A DNA stretch of 64,000 nucleotides, taken from positions 21,018,001-21,082,000 of the forward strand of contig OX597816.1 of NCBI GenBank assembly GCA_951406725.2, read 5' to 3'. A program made the translations under genes and the position numbers. This document shows positions 1-12,774 of this stretch, one piece after another (the first letter of the stretch is position 1; each line of letters begins with the position of its first letter). Origin of the DNA: Octopus vulgaris. Taxonomy: Eukaryota. The notes under the pieces were generated by a model. That model ran no database searches and was not told the DNA's origin. It worked only from the letters and a program-made list of their open reading frames with translations.

Positions 1-146
<146 letters not shown>

Positions 147-149
147 AAC

Positions 150-670
150 TGAAAGTTTTAAAACTTGTGTTTCATTGAAATTTAGTTTTATTCTCAGAAT
201 TTAGGTGCAATGAGTCAAGTTTATTTTGTTTGTGGTAAGACATTTCTAGGAATTTAATTAGTCAAGCGAAAAATATTGTATATAGCTTAATACGTCTAAA
301 TACATTCACTCGTATAATGGGTGTATATGCGCCTGCAAAGTTTGCATATCTGACCACAAACGAGCACAAACTACCAACGCATGAACTGAGAATGTTTACA
401 ATTGGTGTTTGTTAAGGTGTGGTCGAATTTGCTATATGTGTATGTGTATATGAGCCTAGTTGTTTGTGTATATGTGCCTAGCGGAAGGGTAAATGTGTTC
501 TGTATATTTGATTGGCAATTCATGTATTTCTCAGAAAGTCACAGCAGAATATTGCGTTCGCCATTGCACTTACCACATCAGTATCGTATAGTTCTCGGTT
601 TGAAATTCCTCAGACGCAGAGAAGAATAGAAATATAAAAAGAAGCCCCTTGCATAAAATTGAAACAGGTA
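150..670 (+). promoter_or_regulatory. Conserved non-coding module, copy A (putative promoter / non-coding first exon)
   Basis: Two blocks, tgtttcattgaaatttag...ctcagaattta...gtcaagtt.atttt and gtcacagcagaatattgc...cattgcac.tacca, recur upstream of the Gly/Val genes. Ends in a donor-like cag|gtaatc at 668, followed by (TATC)n. Confidence 0.55.
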
Positions 671-689
671 ATCATTATCTCTATGTATA

Positions 690-761
<72 letters not shown>

Positions 762-799
762 CATCCATCTATCTTTCTATTGATCTATCTATCTGTCTG

Positions 800-875
<76 letters not shown>

Positions 876-1083
876 CCTATATATTGTGCCTACATGTCTA
901 CTATGTATATCAGTTTCTTTTTATTTATAAGATTATCTTATTTATTAAATGTTTATGCATCTATGAATCTAACTAGCCAGATGTCACTCTGTCTACTTGC
1001 TGTTTATTTGCTTCTCTACCTCTCATCTATCTCTATCTGTCCATGCATCCATCCATCCATCAATCAATCCATCCATCTATCTT

Positions 1084-1154
<71 letters not shown>

Positions 1155-1270
1155 GTCTATCTGTCTATCTGTCTATCTATCTATCTATCTAGCTAGCTAG
1201 CTAGCTATCTAGCTAGCTAGCTATCTAGCTATCTATCTATCAATCTATCTATCCAAATATCTATCTATGT
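690..1270. repeat. (TATC)n microsatellite blocks
   Basis: Direct reading; source of the YLSI-repeat ORFs. Confidence 0.97.
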
Positions 1271-1429
1271 TTCAGTCTATTGTTCCTGCCTGTCTCTCTA
1301 TTAATATCATGTTGAGATTAATAGATTTATGTAATGATTCTCCCGTTCTATTATGACCCTCTCTATTTCTTAGATGTTCCAATATTTTGTCTTTACAATA
1401 GGCCACGCATATATATAATACTACTCACA

Positions 1430-1790
1430 CTTATCGCTTTCTTTTACGATGACCGATTTGTCGTCATCTGTGATAATTAAGCTAATTCCTTTACTCCGTT
1501 TGTGTTTTGGAGCTAAGATTGCATTGCATCGTCTAAATCTTTCTTACTGCCCAGCCCCTCAAACATGTGAAGTAGAATTCATTTCTGAGAATTAACTCAT
1601 CATATATAGTCTTATTACTGAAGAATTCTATAAGACAGAGATGGCGACAAAATTGTTCAATGTCTGCTTTCAGTTCCATAAAATCAGAGGTGGTGAAGAT
1701 GTAAATTTGAAACGATTCTATAAAAGACCGATTTCATTTTGGTTGAGGATCCCATTTGATAAATTATAATTTTAAGGACTATACGTTCTG
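1430..1790 (-). mobile_element. Degenerate Penelope-like element, N-terminal ORF fragment
   Basis: Minus-strand pieces NLSNGILNQNEIGLL*NRFKF, MELKADIEQFCRHLCLIEFF and VIVKESDK match the PLE N-terminal pattern NLS..L...E..LL.KGL.F / F.RRLRL.EFF / IVIK.ADKG. Duplicated at ~59800-60170. Confidence 0.6.
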
Positions 1791-2421
1791 TGGGTTTAAT
1801 TCAATTTCTTTTCTCCGTGTGTAGGGACCGGTTGTAGTACGTTCTCTTTCAAAAGGAATAGTAATATTGTGTCCCTGTTTCTGAAGTTCTTGCTTCTTCG
1901 TGGATGCGCTTCATATAGTGCCTGTCTTACCATCTTCTGCTATGCTTGTAAGGCCATTCGGGATGTATAAAGGTGTTGGTCATTAACTCTGGCTTTCTTA
2001 CGCTTCCATGATGTATTTGTATTCTAACTTTTGTTTTGTCTACTTTCCCCTAGTCTTTCTCCCCGTCTAGGGCATCTGGTATTACGTGTTGGTGGCTGTC
2101 TTCTATATCTTGAGGGTTTGTTTGAGCTAGAGATAAATTTTCCTCACATATATATCCAGTAAGTTGAATGTACTTATCTCAAATCTCGACATAATTTTTA
2201 TAACTAAGTATCAAGTTGTGAATGACTTTCATGCACAAGAAAATCTCTTTAAAGATACTTTAGCAACAAGAATTAACGACACAGATTCTAGAAATGAACA
2301 ACCCCGATCAAAGAAATATTTTCCAGAAAGGAAAATGGATAATCAAAAATAAACACCAACGAAATTAATACTCTGGAATAGAGTGGATTTGGTAGGCGGA
2401 AATTGAAAAAAGGCCTGCAGT

Positions 2422-2494
<73 letters not shown>

Positions 2495-3640
2495 CAAGAT
2501 GGGACAAGAACGCAAAACCTCCAGACAGTTAGGTGATACAAAGAAGGGACATCAAACCACCCAGATAGACGATACAAAAAAAAATACAAGGACGGATCAT
2601 TCGGAGTTTTCTTTCCTCTGGGGAATTCCAGATTATCTTTGCAATTTCAGCTGGTTATACTCGAGATTGCTCCGATCTGGCCAGCCTCGAGGAAAAACTT
2701 ACCTAAGAGCATTAGATTCCTTGGAAGAAAACAGCGAATGTATACGAAAACAAGGACGGGAAAAAATGGAGAGTGTTACACATATAGAAACCGGGACATA
2801 AGAACAGGTTTCTTTCGACCAACGACGAATTAAATTAACCTGGTGTGTTTGGAAGTAAAGCCTTACGATAGGGTTATATGATTGCACAGGCACGGGATGG
2901 AACATTGATATTGCAAGGACGACGTCCGAACCGAGAAAGAAAGGTCAGGCAATGCCGATCACCGGCCATGTGCATGAGAAGAAGGAAAGTTAGAGGCAGA
3001 GGGACAGAATAATTAAGGGAAAGCGAGAAAAAATAATAATAACACAGTGTAGAGAAAGGAGGAGGGAAAGTGAGCATGAAGAGAAGGCAAGGAAATGTGA
3101 GAGAGGGCGAACGAAAGAATGAAGAGTGGAAAGAATGAAGTAAGCATGAAAGGGCTGATAGAAAGAAAGAAAAAAAGAATGACTAGAGTCGTAGAAGATT
3201 TAGATACATATATACTTACATATAAGAGACCAAAGTTTACATATAAAATAGCAGAGGCACCCGGCGTATTTGAAAACATACTTAAGAGAGTAAAGAGTAG
3301 CAGAATTCAACATTGACACATTAATCAGCCGAAACTGCGATGATGATACGTTTCTTGACTGAGGATTGAAGGCTTCCAATGTCCCGTCCATGATTTTGTA
3401 TCGGCTTCTAAATGTTTTGCGTCCTTGTCCCAGTTTGTCTTTATATATATATATATAATAATAAATATTAGGGAATAAATCCAAATTTACAGGGAAAAAT
3501 CAGATTTAGGATTGAATCCAATTTTATAGTAAAATATTATATTATATTAATTAGAGACAAAACCACTATTATGCAATCAAACAAAGAAAGACTTAAGCCA
3601 ATACATAAAAAATTTTATATAAATTAAATATAATTAAAAT

Positions 3641-3694
3641 AACCACTACGATTGTTTCGTGTCAGCACTTCTATGAGACATTCTTCAGCTGGTT
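3641..3694 (-). ncRNA. Minimal type I hammerhead ribozyme motif (degenerate), PLE terminal-repeat type
   Basis: Reverse complement AACCAg-CUGAAGA-aUGUC..GACAc-GAAAC-aauc-GUA-gUGGUU has the core boxes, with one mismatch each in stems I and II. Confidence 0.6.
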
Positions 3695-4995
3695 TCAAAA
3701 CCTAAAATATAATCAATATTTTTAAGATATAAATAATCTATATAATCTAAATAAAAATTTACTTATAAAAAACTCTATTATTAAATAAGATTATATCGAA
3801 ATCGACTATAATGTTAAATATTAACTTTAATTTATAAGGTAGAAAATCCATATTCTAATATCCATTTTAGTCTATATCTACTTATATAGATTTTTGAAAT
3901 GACTAATATATATAAATTATCACTGAAAATATATATAAATATTATAATCAAGAACTAAAATAAACTCTATAAACGATTGTATATAATGAAAACCTAATAT
4001 ATTTAAATTCTCATATTTAAAGATGAAATAGCTAATTTCAAAAAACAAAAAATAAAAAAAAAAAATATATATATATATACACACACATGCTCATGCACAT
4101 ATATACATGTATGTATATAAACATATCTAAATACGTACACAAACTCACACACACAAACTCACACACACACATATATATATCTATACATACACATAAACAT
4201 ATAGACACAGATATATTTATAATGCAGCCCTATATTTCTACACAATACTTATTCATACTCCCACACACACACATACAATCACTCATTCATAAACATATAC
4301 TCTCAGCATGACACTAACACAGAGGAGAAATAACATCCAGTAGCCGCAGATACTCAACCACATACTTATAGAAATATTTCATTCTTAGTAAAATATTATT
4401 AAATACTATATACTATATATATGTAATAAACATATATAAATACGTAAACAAACACACACACATATATATATATATATACATACACAAATTTAAAACAATA
4501 GTATTAAATACTATATACTATATGTATGTAATAAACATATATAAATACGTAAACAAACACACACACACATATATATCTATACATACACAAATACATATAG
4601 ACAATATTTCTACACATTAATTATGCATACTCGCACACACACACATACAATCACTCATGCATAAACGTATGCACACTGCAATACACTAACACAGAGGAGG
4701 AACAACATCCAGTAGACACAGATACTCAGCCACATACTTATAGGAATATTCCTTACTTAGTAATATAGTATTAAAAAATACTATAAGTACTATAAACAAA
4801 TTTATGAATGGGAATATTATCTAATATAAATTATGCTTTTATTTTAAACATGGCCTAAACCATCTTAAGTCGAAACCTATCTATATATCAAAGTTTATCT
4901 AAATTATTTAATAACTAATAACAAAGAAAATTACGATAAATAGATCACTACATAAACAAATTAAAAAAAAATTTAAAAAACATTTACCCTATTCA

Positions 4996-5104
4996 TCTTT
5001 AGACAATGCATTGTTTCGACGTTTTTAATGGCAAACCAGCCTAATTAAATTAAATTAAACTTAATCAAGTCGATCTACGAAAGGCTACATCTCATCGGTA
5101 AAGA
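4996..5104 (-). ncRNA. Type I hammerhead ribozyme motif with palindromic stem III (CCGAUGA core variant)
   Basis: Reverse complement UCUUUA-CCGAUGA-GAUGU...ACGUC-GAA-ACAAUGCAUUGU-C-UAAAGA: 6-bp stem I, 5-bp stem II base, palindromic stem III, GUC cleavage triplet. Confidence 0.7.
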
Positions 5105-5409
5105 AGCCAGGAGGGACAGACATACACGAGGCAGTAGTATCTATGCCCCGGGAATGTCTGCCCTAAAATTTTCAAAACTACCGTAATCGCGCCAAACTTA
5201 TCAGCAGCAAATATAAACTGCTGATTCAATTTCAGAATTAGTCAGAAAATCATCAATTAATCAATATAGGGTAGCAAAAAATTCAATAGAAATTTTTTCG
5301 CCACCAGCGGTCTAGTGAGTGGGAGAAAATAGTCAGAGACTATATATATAAATTCAATAACAATTGAGGAACGGCCTCAAATAGGCCATTCGACCCACTA
5401 GAAAGAGCA

Positions 5410-5450
<41 letters not shown>

Positions 5451-5472
5451 ATATGTATATTTATTTATATAA

Positions 5473-5508
<36 letters not shown>

Positions 5509-5889
5509 TTCTGAGTGTGTGTGATTCTGAGTGTGTGTGAGGGACTGTGTTTATGTCTGCGTAATTTAGCGGTTCCGAAATAAGCCCTGGGATCAATTTG
5601 TTCGACCAGCATTCTAATAACTAAAACAAGCGAAAGAAGATATGTATCTGCAGAGGGAGATAGCGATAGAGAGAGAGAGAGAGAGAGAGAGGAGGGATGT
5701 AGAACTGCCAGGCAAATACGGAGAGAGAGAGAGAGAGAGAGTGAGAGAGAGGGAGAGAGAGAGGGAGAGAGAGGGAGAGAGGGAGAGAGGGAGAGAAAAG
5801 ATACAGGTAAAGGGACGGGTGGACAGACAGGTAGATCGAGAGAGAGATAGACAGGCAGAAGGACAGACAGAGAGACATAAACAGGAAGT

Positions 5890-6182
5890 CATAAAACTAA
5901 TGTTTCATTGAAATTTAGAAACATTTCTCAGAATTTAGAAAGTGAAAGTCAAGTTATTTTGTTGCGTCATGACATTTCTCGGAATTTCTTAAGGAGTGCG
6001 TAAACGAATGTATAGAGGTTAATTGTGCTCAATGCAGTTGTTCAGTACTGTTAGAAATAGCACCTAAAACTCCCTCGAATGATTTCCAACATTTCAAAGG
6101 AGAACTCATTGGATCATGACATGTGTAACATTGAAGATGATAGTAATGGTGGGTGTTAAGAGGTGGCCATCGATAGACTCTC

Positions 6183-6225
<43 letters not shown>

Positions 6226-6470
6226 ATCTGTGTGTATGTGAGCGCGCGCGATTTAATGTTTGTGTGCGCGTATGTCTCCATCGGTTTGTGTTTATGAGAT
6301 CGATTCTTCATATGTACCTGTTTATATTCTCCTTTGTCGGTTACAGTGGAATATTGCAAAGATCATTGGACATACCAAACCGGTATTGTGCAGCTTTGGG
6401 CTTGAATAATCTCAAAGCCAAAGAAAGAGAAAAAGAAGTAAAAACAGCGTGTACTCCTAGATGTAAGCAT
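5890..6470 (+). promoter_or_regulatory. Conserved non-coding module, copy B (upstream of the 7409 ORF)
   Basis: Homologous to 150-670 and 22140-22340. Donor-like gtaagc at 6463 precedes (TATC)n. A further donor G|gtaagt at 6798 and a polypyrimidine-cag acceptor ending at 7264 follow. Confidence 0.55.
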
Positions 6471-6506
6471 TACCTATTTATCTATCTGTCTGTCCGCCTG
6501 ACCGTG

Positions 6507-6619
<113 letters not shown>

Positions 6620-7408
6620 GCCTATCTGTCTATCTACCTATATGTCTGCTTATCTGTCTGTTTATCTATCTGTCTGTCTGTGTGTCTGCCTACCTATCTT
6701 TCTTTTTATGAATCTGCTTGTTTTGGGTGGAATCATTCTAACAATTTGAAATATCTTTCAAAACAATTCCATGATTCAGAGGAATGTAACAGGGATGGTA
6801 AGTCAAACGACTTGTAAAGTGCCAACTTTGTGTTGTTATTAGTTTCACGCCAACCCACCAAATGCTTCAGGTACCCTTTGAATTAGCAGATGTATTTCTG
6901 TAACTAGATATTCATCATTTTGGCACAAAGCTTCAAAGAGTCTACAAACTCAAGTAGCTTACCATTAACGAAAATCTGAAGGGTGGTACAAACAGTACCA
7001 CATGCAAATTGATACGTTACAATTGCTTTTTCCCAAAATTAATGGGCCAGACAAATGCAGATACAAGAGACGGCAGGCCTGTTTCAGCGTCACTGACTAG
7101 ATCACAATGGTACGTACATACGTATATACATACATACATACATACATACATACATACATACATACATACATACATACATACATACGTGCGTACGTACATA
7201 TAAGCATGCATGCATACATGTTTGTTGCATTAAATTCAAGTTTTGCTTTTTTCTCTTTTTGCAGGAAGCGGTCATTCAGGTTCACTGACGAAACTTCAAA
7301 CGAGAGAACTCACATAGACATCCACTGACGTGGTGAGTGTTCATCAGCGGAGAGGGTGACTGTGGTGGCTATATATGGGAAGGGAGTGGTGGAGTAGCAG
7401 AGCTAACA

Positions 7409-7954
7409 ATGGAGTTTACTTATCGGGATTCTGGGGATAATCAGACTGGATGTCAAAAGCCGAAGGATCATGCAATAGAGGGAGAGGATGGAGATCATGA
7501 AAAAGTCGCTAATAATATCAGAGAAAGTAGTGACGAGAACGAGGAAGGGGATATTGGAACGGCTGCTACTAATATAAAAAAAACCGTTGATAATGTAGAG
7601 AAAGAAAATAGTAGTGTTGATGGAGAGGTTGGCTTTTCTAAACAGCTTGGTACTATTGGTATGGAATTGGTTTGTAGCGGAATAAGTGTGGTTGGTATAG
7701 GAGTGGGTGAGACCGTTGGTATAATAGGGCATTTGACTGCTTTTGGAGTGAAATTGGTTGGTAGTGGAGTGGTATTAGCTGGTAGAGGAGTGGGGGTAGT
7801 TGGTAGGGGAGTGGGATTTCTTGGTAGAGAAGTTGGATCACTTGGTAGAAGAATGGGATCAGCTGGTAGAGGAGTGCAATCCGTTGATGGTAGAGGCGTG
7901 GAATTAGATAGCGGAGTGAGTGGGGAGAAGGAGGTTTCTAGTGATAGAGAGTAA
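7409..7954 (+). CDS. Hypothetical 181-aa protein: acidic N-terminal part plus Gly/Val heptad repeats (short paralog of the 25218 protein)
   Basis: First in-frame ATG at 7409 (acaATGg) downstream of a strong acceptor. Repeats GMELVCS/GVKLVGS/GVVLAGR/GVGVVGR. DNA similarity to 24932-25230. Confidence 0.6.
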   Translation: MEFTYRDSGDNQTGCQKPKDHAIEGEDGDHEKVANNIRESSDENEEGDIGTAATNIKKTVDNVEKENSSVDGEVGFSKQLGTIGMELVCSGISVVGIGVGETVGIIGHLTAFGVKLVGSGVVLAGRGVGVVGRGVGFLGREVGSLGRRMGSAGRGVQSVDGRGVELDSGVSGEKEVSSDRE

Positions 7955-8042
7955 TTCGTTGACGGAGGAGTGAGAATGGAGTCAAGAGGGTTGATAATGA
8001 GCGTAAGAAATTAGTCGGAATTGGAGTGAGCAGCGTGAGAGA

Positions 8043-8663
8043 ATGTATTATAAATTAGCTACGATTGTTTACTTTATTCATGCAGTCATTGTTTCGGGGT
8101 ATTTCTTGCTTGTATCTAGGATATTTTGTTTTCATGACGTTAGAGTTTGTCGAGGCAACGTTCGTGGGTTATTGTCAGCAAAAAAGGGTCATGCATTGGT
8201 AGCGATGGTTTGTGGGGTGACATTGCTTGCCGATCGGATACAACAATTGCTTAATATTGGGCGGTGGGGGTTGATTCATATTGAGTTGTTACTTGCTTAT
8301 AACATAGTGCCATGGTTTTATTGTGAGGAGGGATGCGCGAGTAGTGTGAATGGTAATAATGAAGAAAAAGGGAGTTTCGAGAAGGGACGAAGAGGGTTTG
8401 CTGTTAGTGGACCTAAAGGATGTGCTGAAAATAGACAAAGATCGAGTGTGGATAGTGTGGATGAAGAGGTTATGATGAAGGATGAGAAATATAGGATGGA
8501 GGAAGGGAAAGTTACGATGGAGGAAAGGAAGTTAGGACAGAGGAAGAGAAAAGTACGACGGAATTTAGGTGGAGAAAGGCATTTTTTTGTTTTGAGGAAG
8601 AGAAAGATAAGATGGAGGAAAGAAGAAAGTCTGTCAAAACGGCCGAGACTTTCTACCAACTGA
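8043..8663 (+). CDS. Hypothetical 206-aa protein, hydrophobic N-half and Lys/Arg/Glu-rich C-half
   Basis: ATG-initiated, non-microsatellite ORF 88 nt after the 7409 ORF. No recognised domain. Confidence 0.3.
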   Translation: MYYKLATIVYFIHAVIVSGYFLLVSRIFCFHDVRVCRGNVRGLLSAKKGHALVAMVCGVTLLADRIQQLLNIGRWGLIHIELLLAYNIVPWFYCEEGCASSVNGNNEEKGSFEKGRRGFAVSGPKGCAENRQRSSVDSVDEEVMMKDEKYRMEEGKVTMEERKLGQRKRKVRRNLGGERHFFVLRKRKIRWRKEESLSKRPRLSTN

Positions 8664-9024
8664 AGATTCTTCTTGAAATCATTTTATACCAACTTCTTCG
8701 TCTCTTTGGATTGCCGCTATTCCTTCACCATGTGCATATTTTAATATTCTCATTGATTTTAATACGGACGTACAAACTCACAAGTACATTTATGTATTTA
8801 CAAATTTTTATATTATATCTTGTGTAAATGAATGCACCTATGTATGCCGTGGAGTATTCCGACGCTTTGAAATATATTGAATGTATATGAACACTGATTT
8901 TTGAAATTTGTTCTCTCTTTCTTGGCTTTATATTCCTGATGCTCTGTTAGAACGCTAATTAGCTGTGATGTAAAAGGGAATAATTATCTCATTTATTTCT
9001 TCATTATATACATATATATATATG

Positions 9025-9127
<103 letters not shown>

Positions 9128-9430
9128 AGACATAGATACGTGTAGACAGACAAGCAAGAGTGAAAAACCAGCATGTGAGAATTTTTGTGCTTATGGTCAT
9201 TCCCTGCCAGCGCTGACAACTGCTGATAACGTGTTTTCATCCCTCTAAATTAGCAGTTCAGCAAAAGGGAACAACAATAGTAATTGTACAAATCAGTCCC
9301 TGAAATTATTCTATGTCTGTCGCTTATTTTATTGGTCAATTTTGTGAAACTACTAAGTTAAAAGGATGTAAACACACCAATACCAGCTGTGATGGGAGGC
9401 AACCATATACGCAAAAACACTCATACACTG

Positions 9431-9471
<41 letters not shown>

Positions 9472-10034
9472 ACTTTCATTCCTTCGCTCTCTCTCCTTCC
9501 CCTCCATCATTGTCTCTCTCAGTCCGGCCGCAGTCTAATACCTGAAACTAATACATACATATGTGTGTATATAGGTATGCATATATGGGTACAGGACTTC
9601 TAAATACGCAAACAACATGAAATACGAAAATAACTTTGGGACGCATAGATCGAGAGAAACAAATGGAAAACAAGACACGCAACATAAAAAACAATGACCC
9701 TTCATCAGTTGTCCATCTATTCCTTATTCAGAGTAATGAACGACAAGATAAGACTTTGAGGCAGTCGCTCCCGCGAACCAAAATAAAATTTGGGTTGAGC
9801 AAACAATTATAAACAGGAAGGGCCGTCAGACTCAGGTGAGTTAAGGTAGCGACCCCTGGAAGAAGATTCTTTGATAAGAGAGAAGATAGGAGAGGAGCGA
9901 GATAGGAATGCGTCTACACTGCACAACGGATAGACGGAATATGTATACATATACATACACACACATACACACACACAAATATGTATATATGTATATATAT
10001 ATATATATATATATACATACATACTCACACAAAA

Positions 10035-10094
<60 letters not shown>

Positions 10095-10098
10095 ATAA

Positions 10099-11898
10099 AA
10101 CGGTAAGATAACAAAAACCAAGAACTTATACCTGGTAGATAACAGCAAATACACACAACTCTTACACAACAGCATCATTAATAATTATACTAAGGCTAGG
10201 GCACAGACATATAACGAAATTAATAAAGAAGCTAGCGTCATCGCTGCTAAACTTAAATTAGATAAAAAAATAGAAACCCTCCCCCAAAAAGAGGCCTTTA
10301 TTACTATTAAAGACCACAAAGAAAACTTCCTTTCCAATCCTAAATGTAGGCTTATCAACCCAGCCAAGTCAGAACTAGGGATTATTAGCAAAGAAATTTT
10401 AGATAAAATAAATACGAAAATTAAGACCGATACTAGGCTAGTGCAATGGTCCAATAGTATAGAAGTCGTAGACTGGTTTAAAGCTATTAAGAATAAGAAA
10501 AAAGCGAGGTTTACACAATTCGATATTGTTGGTTTTTATGCCTCTATCTCTAAAGAACTTCTAGATAAAGCCCTAATCTTCGCTAGTGATTTCATAGAAA
10601 TTAGTACCAATGATAAGGATATAATCTTCCATGCTAGAAAGACATTACTTTTCAGTGAGAATGCAAAGTGGGTAAAAAACACCGACACGGAGGGCGCTTT
10701 CGATGTGAGCATGGGTTCATATGATGGGGCAGGCATCTGTGATCTAATTGGACTCTTTCTCCTAGATACCTTCAGTAAGACATTCCCTAACGTACATTTT
10801 GCCATCTACAAAGATGATGCCCTCGCCTTAACAGCTAATACAAATGGACCAGCACAAGATCGTTTTAGGAAGGATATTATCCAGTTAATGAAACACTTCG
10901 GACTTAGTATAACTATAGACACTAACCTGACGGTTGTCAATTTCTTAGACGTTTCCTTAGATCTTAATAATAATATTTATAAGCCTTATAGGAAGCCCAA
11001 TGATAGACTAAGTTATATTAATGTAGGTTCATGCCATCCCCCTATAGTATTCAAAAATTTAGTTAAAAATATTAGTAAGAGGATTTCTAGCCTCTCATCT
11101 AATGAGGACATCTTCAATAGCGTTGCCCCAGTTTATAATAAAGCTTTAAAAGATAGTGGTTTTAGCGAAAAAATAAAATATACACCTATCACCAGCCCAA
11201 CAATAAGGAAAAGGAATAATAGAAATAGGAAGGTCATCTGGTTTACGCCCCCTTACTCACCCGAGGTGGCCTTCAATATAGGTAAATATTTCCTAGCACT
11301 GATAGATAGACATTTTCCAGTTAACCATGCTTATAGGAAACTCTTCAATAGACACAATTTAAAAATTAGTTTTAGTTCAACTACCAATTTTAAAAACATA
11401 ATCAATCATAACATACAAAAAACACAAGAAGAAAACAGCTGTTCATGCAGGAATAAAGAATTGTGCCCGCTAAATGGAGCTTGCATGTCCAAGACCATCA
11501 TATATGAAGCTACCGTAAACTCTATAACCACTAAAGACACCGTTTCGACGAAGAAATACGTGGGCCTGACAGAGGGTAATTTCAAGGCCAGGTTCAATAA
11601 CCACACTTTGAGCTTTAGGCACTGGAACAAAAGAAAAGCGACACAATTATCCAATCATATTTGGTCTTTAAGAGATAAAGGTGTCGATTATAACATACAA
11701 TGGAAGATTTTGGCCAGATGTAAGCCTTATACTAACGGCAGCGGAAGGTGCGGTTTATGCGACATGGAGAGATGGCTTATCTGGAAAAGCAGCTTAGACC
11801 CTACCACATGTCTAAATACAAGGACAGAGCTTTTCGGATCATGCCCACATGTGACTAAATTTCTGTTACGTTTTTGGTCCCCTAAAGAAAACGGATAG
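10099..11898 (+). mobile_element. Penelope-like retroelement (Naiad-type), 5'-truncated open frame with RT + GIY-YIG endonuclease
   Basis: Frame open from ~10099. RT motifs KDHKENF..PKCRLINPAKSELG, FDIVGFYASI, MGSYDGA, YKDD, NFLDV. Cys motif CSCRNKELCPLNGAC, then IIYEAT...YVGLTEGNFKARFNNH, CGLC and LN.RTE. Confidence 0.92.
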
Positions 11899-12092
11899 AA
11901 CATGCTTTCTGTGTTATGTCCCAAGAAGATTTTATATATTTTTATATATTTTTATATATTTTTATGTATTTTTATATAATTTTTATGACGAAAAATGCGA
12001 GCGATGTATAAGTACGCAGGCAAAGCAGAGTTATAAAAGAGTAATTTCCCTTCATTTTTAACGGTATTTTTTCATAACGTTTTCAAATAGCC

Positions 12093-12155
12093 AGATAACC
12101 GAAGAGATGGTGTTGTGGATTTCCACTTCGGCATCTGAAACTCAGAGTTTTATCT
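12093..12155 (+). ncRNA. Hammerhead ribozyme-like motif in the 3' region of the Naiad-type PLE
   Basis: AGAUAA-CCGAAGA-GAUG...CAUC(u)-GAAA-CUCAGAG-UU-UUAUCU: 6-bp stem I, near-palindromic stem III, one extra U before GAAA. Confidence 0.6.
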
Positions 12156-12175
12156 TGACTACCGAGTAATGTAAC

Positions 12176-12251
<76 letters not shown>

Positions 12252-12344
12252 CGTTGTGACGAGAGTTCGAGTGTTTCCTATGGGTATGATGGTCAAATCC
12301 TTGGTAGATTAGGAAGCAAATAGTTCTACATCTAATCAATGAAG

Positions 12345-12625
12345 CCTTAAAATTACAGTATCTACTAATTTCTCTATAGTTGACTATTTACATGCTTCCC
12401 TATATCTGAACGTCTCGAGTAAACTTTCCATAAATCTAATGAGAAACTCGCCAAAATACATAATCAGTCTTGTCACCCTGCGGCAATATTTAAATACCTG
12501 ACAGCTAATATTAGTAACAGAGTGTACGATCTCTCTTTCTCTAAAACATTTTCGAGATATCAGCCCCCTACTATAACAATGCTCTAGCCAAAAGGGTCTC
12601 CAAAGATAAAATTAATATATCATCC
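12345..12625 (+). mobile_element. Degenerate second Naiad-type PLE fragment (RT thumb region)
   Basis: LKITVSTNFSIVDYL, SCHPAAIFKYLTANISNRV and APYYNNAL align with the 10441 ORF (LSITIDTNLTVVNFL, SCHPPIVFKNLVKNISKRI, APVYNKAL). Confidence 0.7.
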
Positions 12626-12632
12626 CTGTAAT

Positions 12633-12764
<132 letters not shown>

Positions 12765-12774
12765 TTTTTTAAAT

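Noticed and set aside
9620-9730. Hammerhead around minus-strand CUGAUGA (~9702-9708)
   Set aside because: No correctly placed GAAA box or consistent stems found.
10099-11898. Selenocysteine recoding reported for some Naiad elements
   Set aside because: No in-frame TGA in this copy; it ends in TAG.
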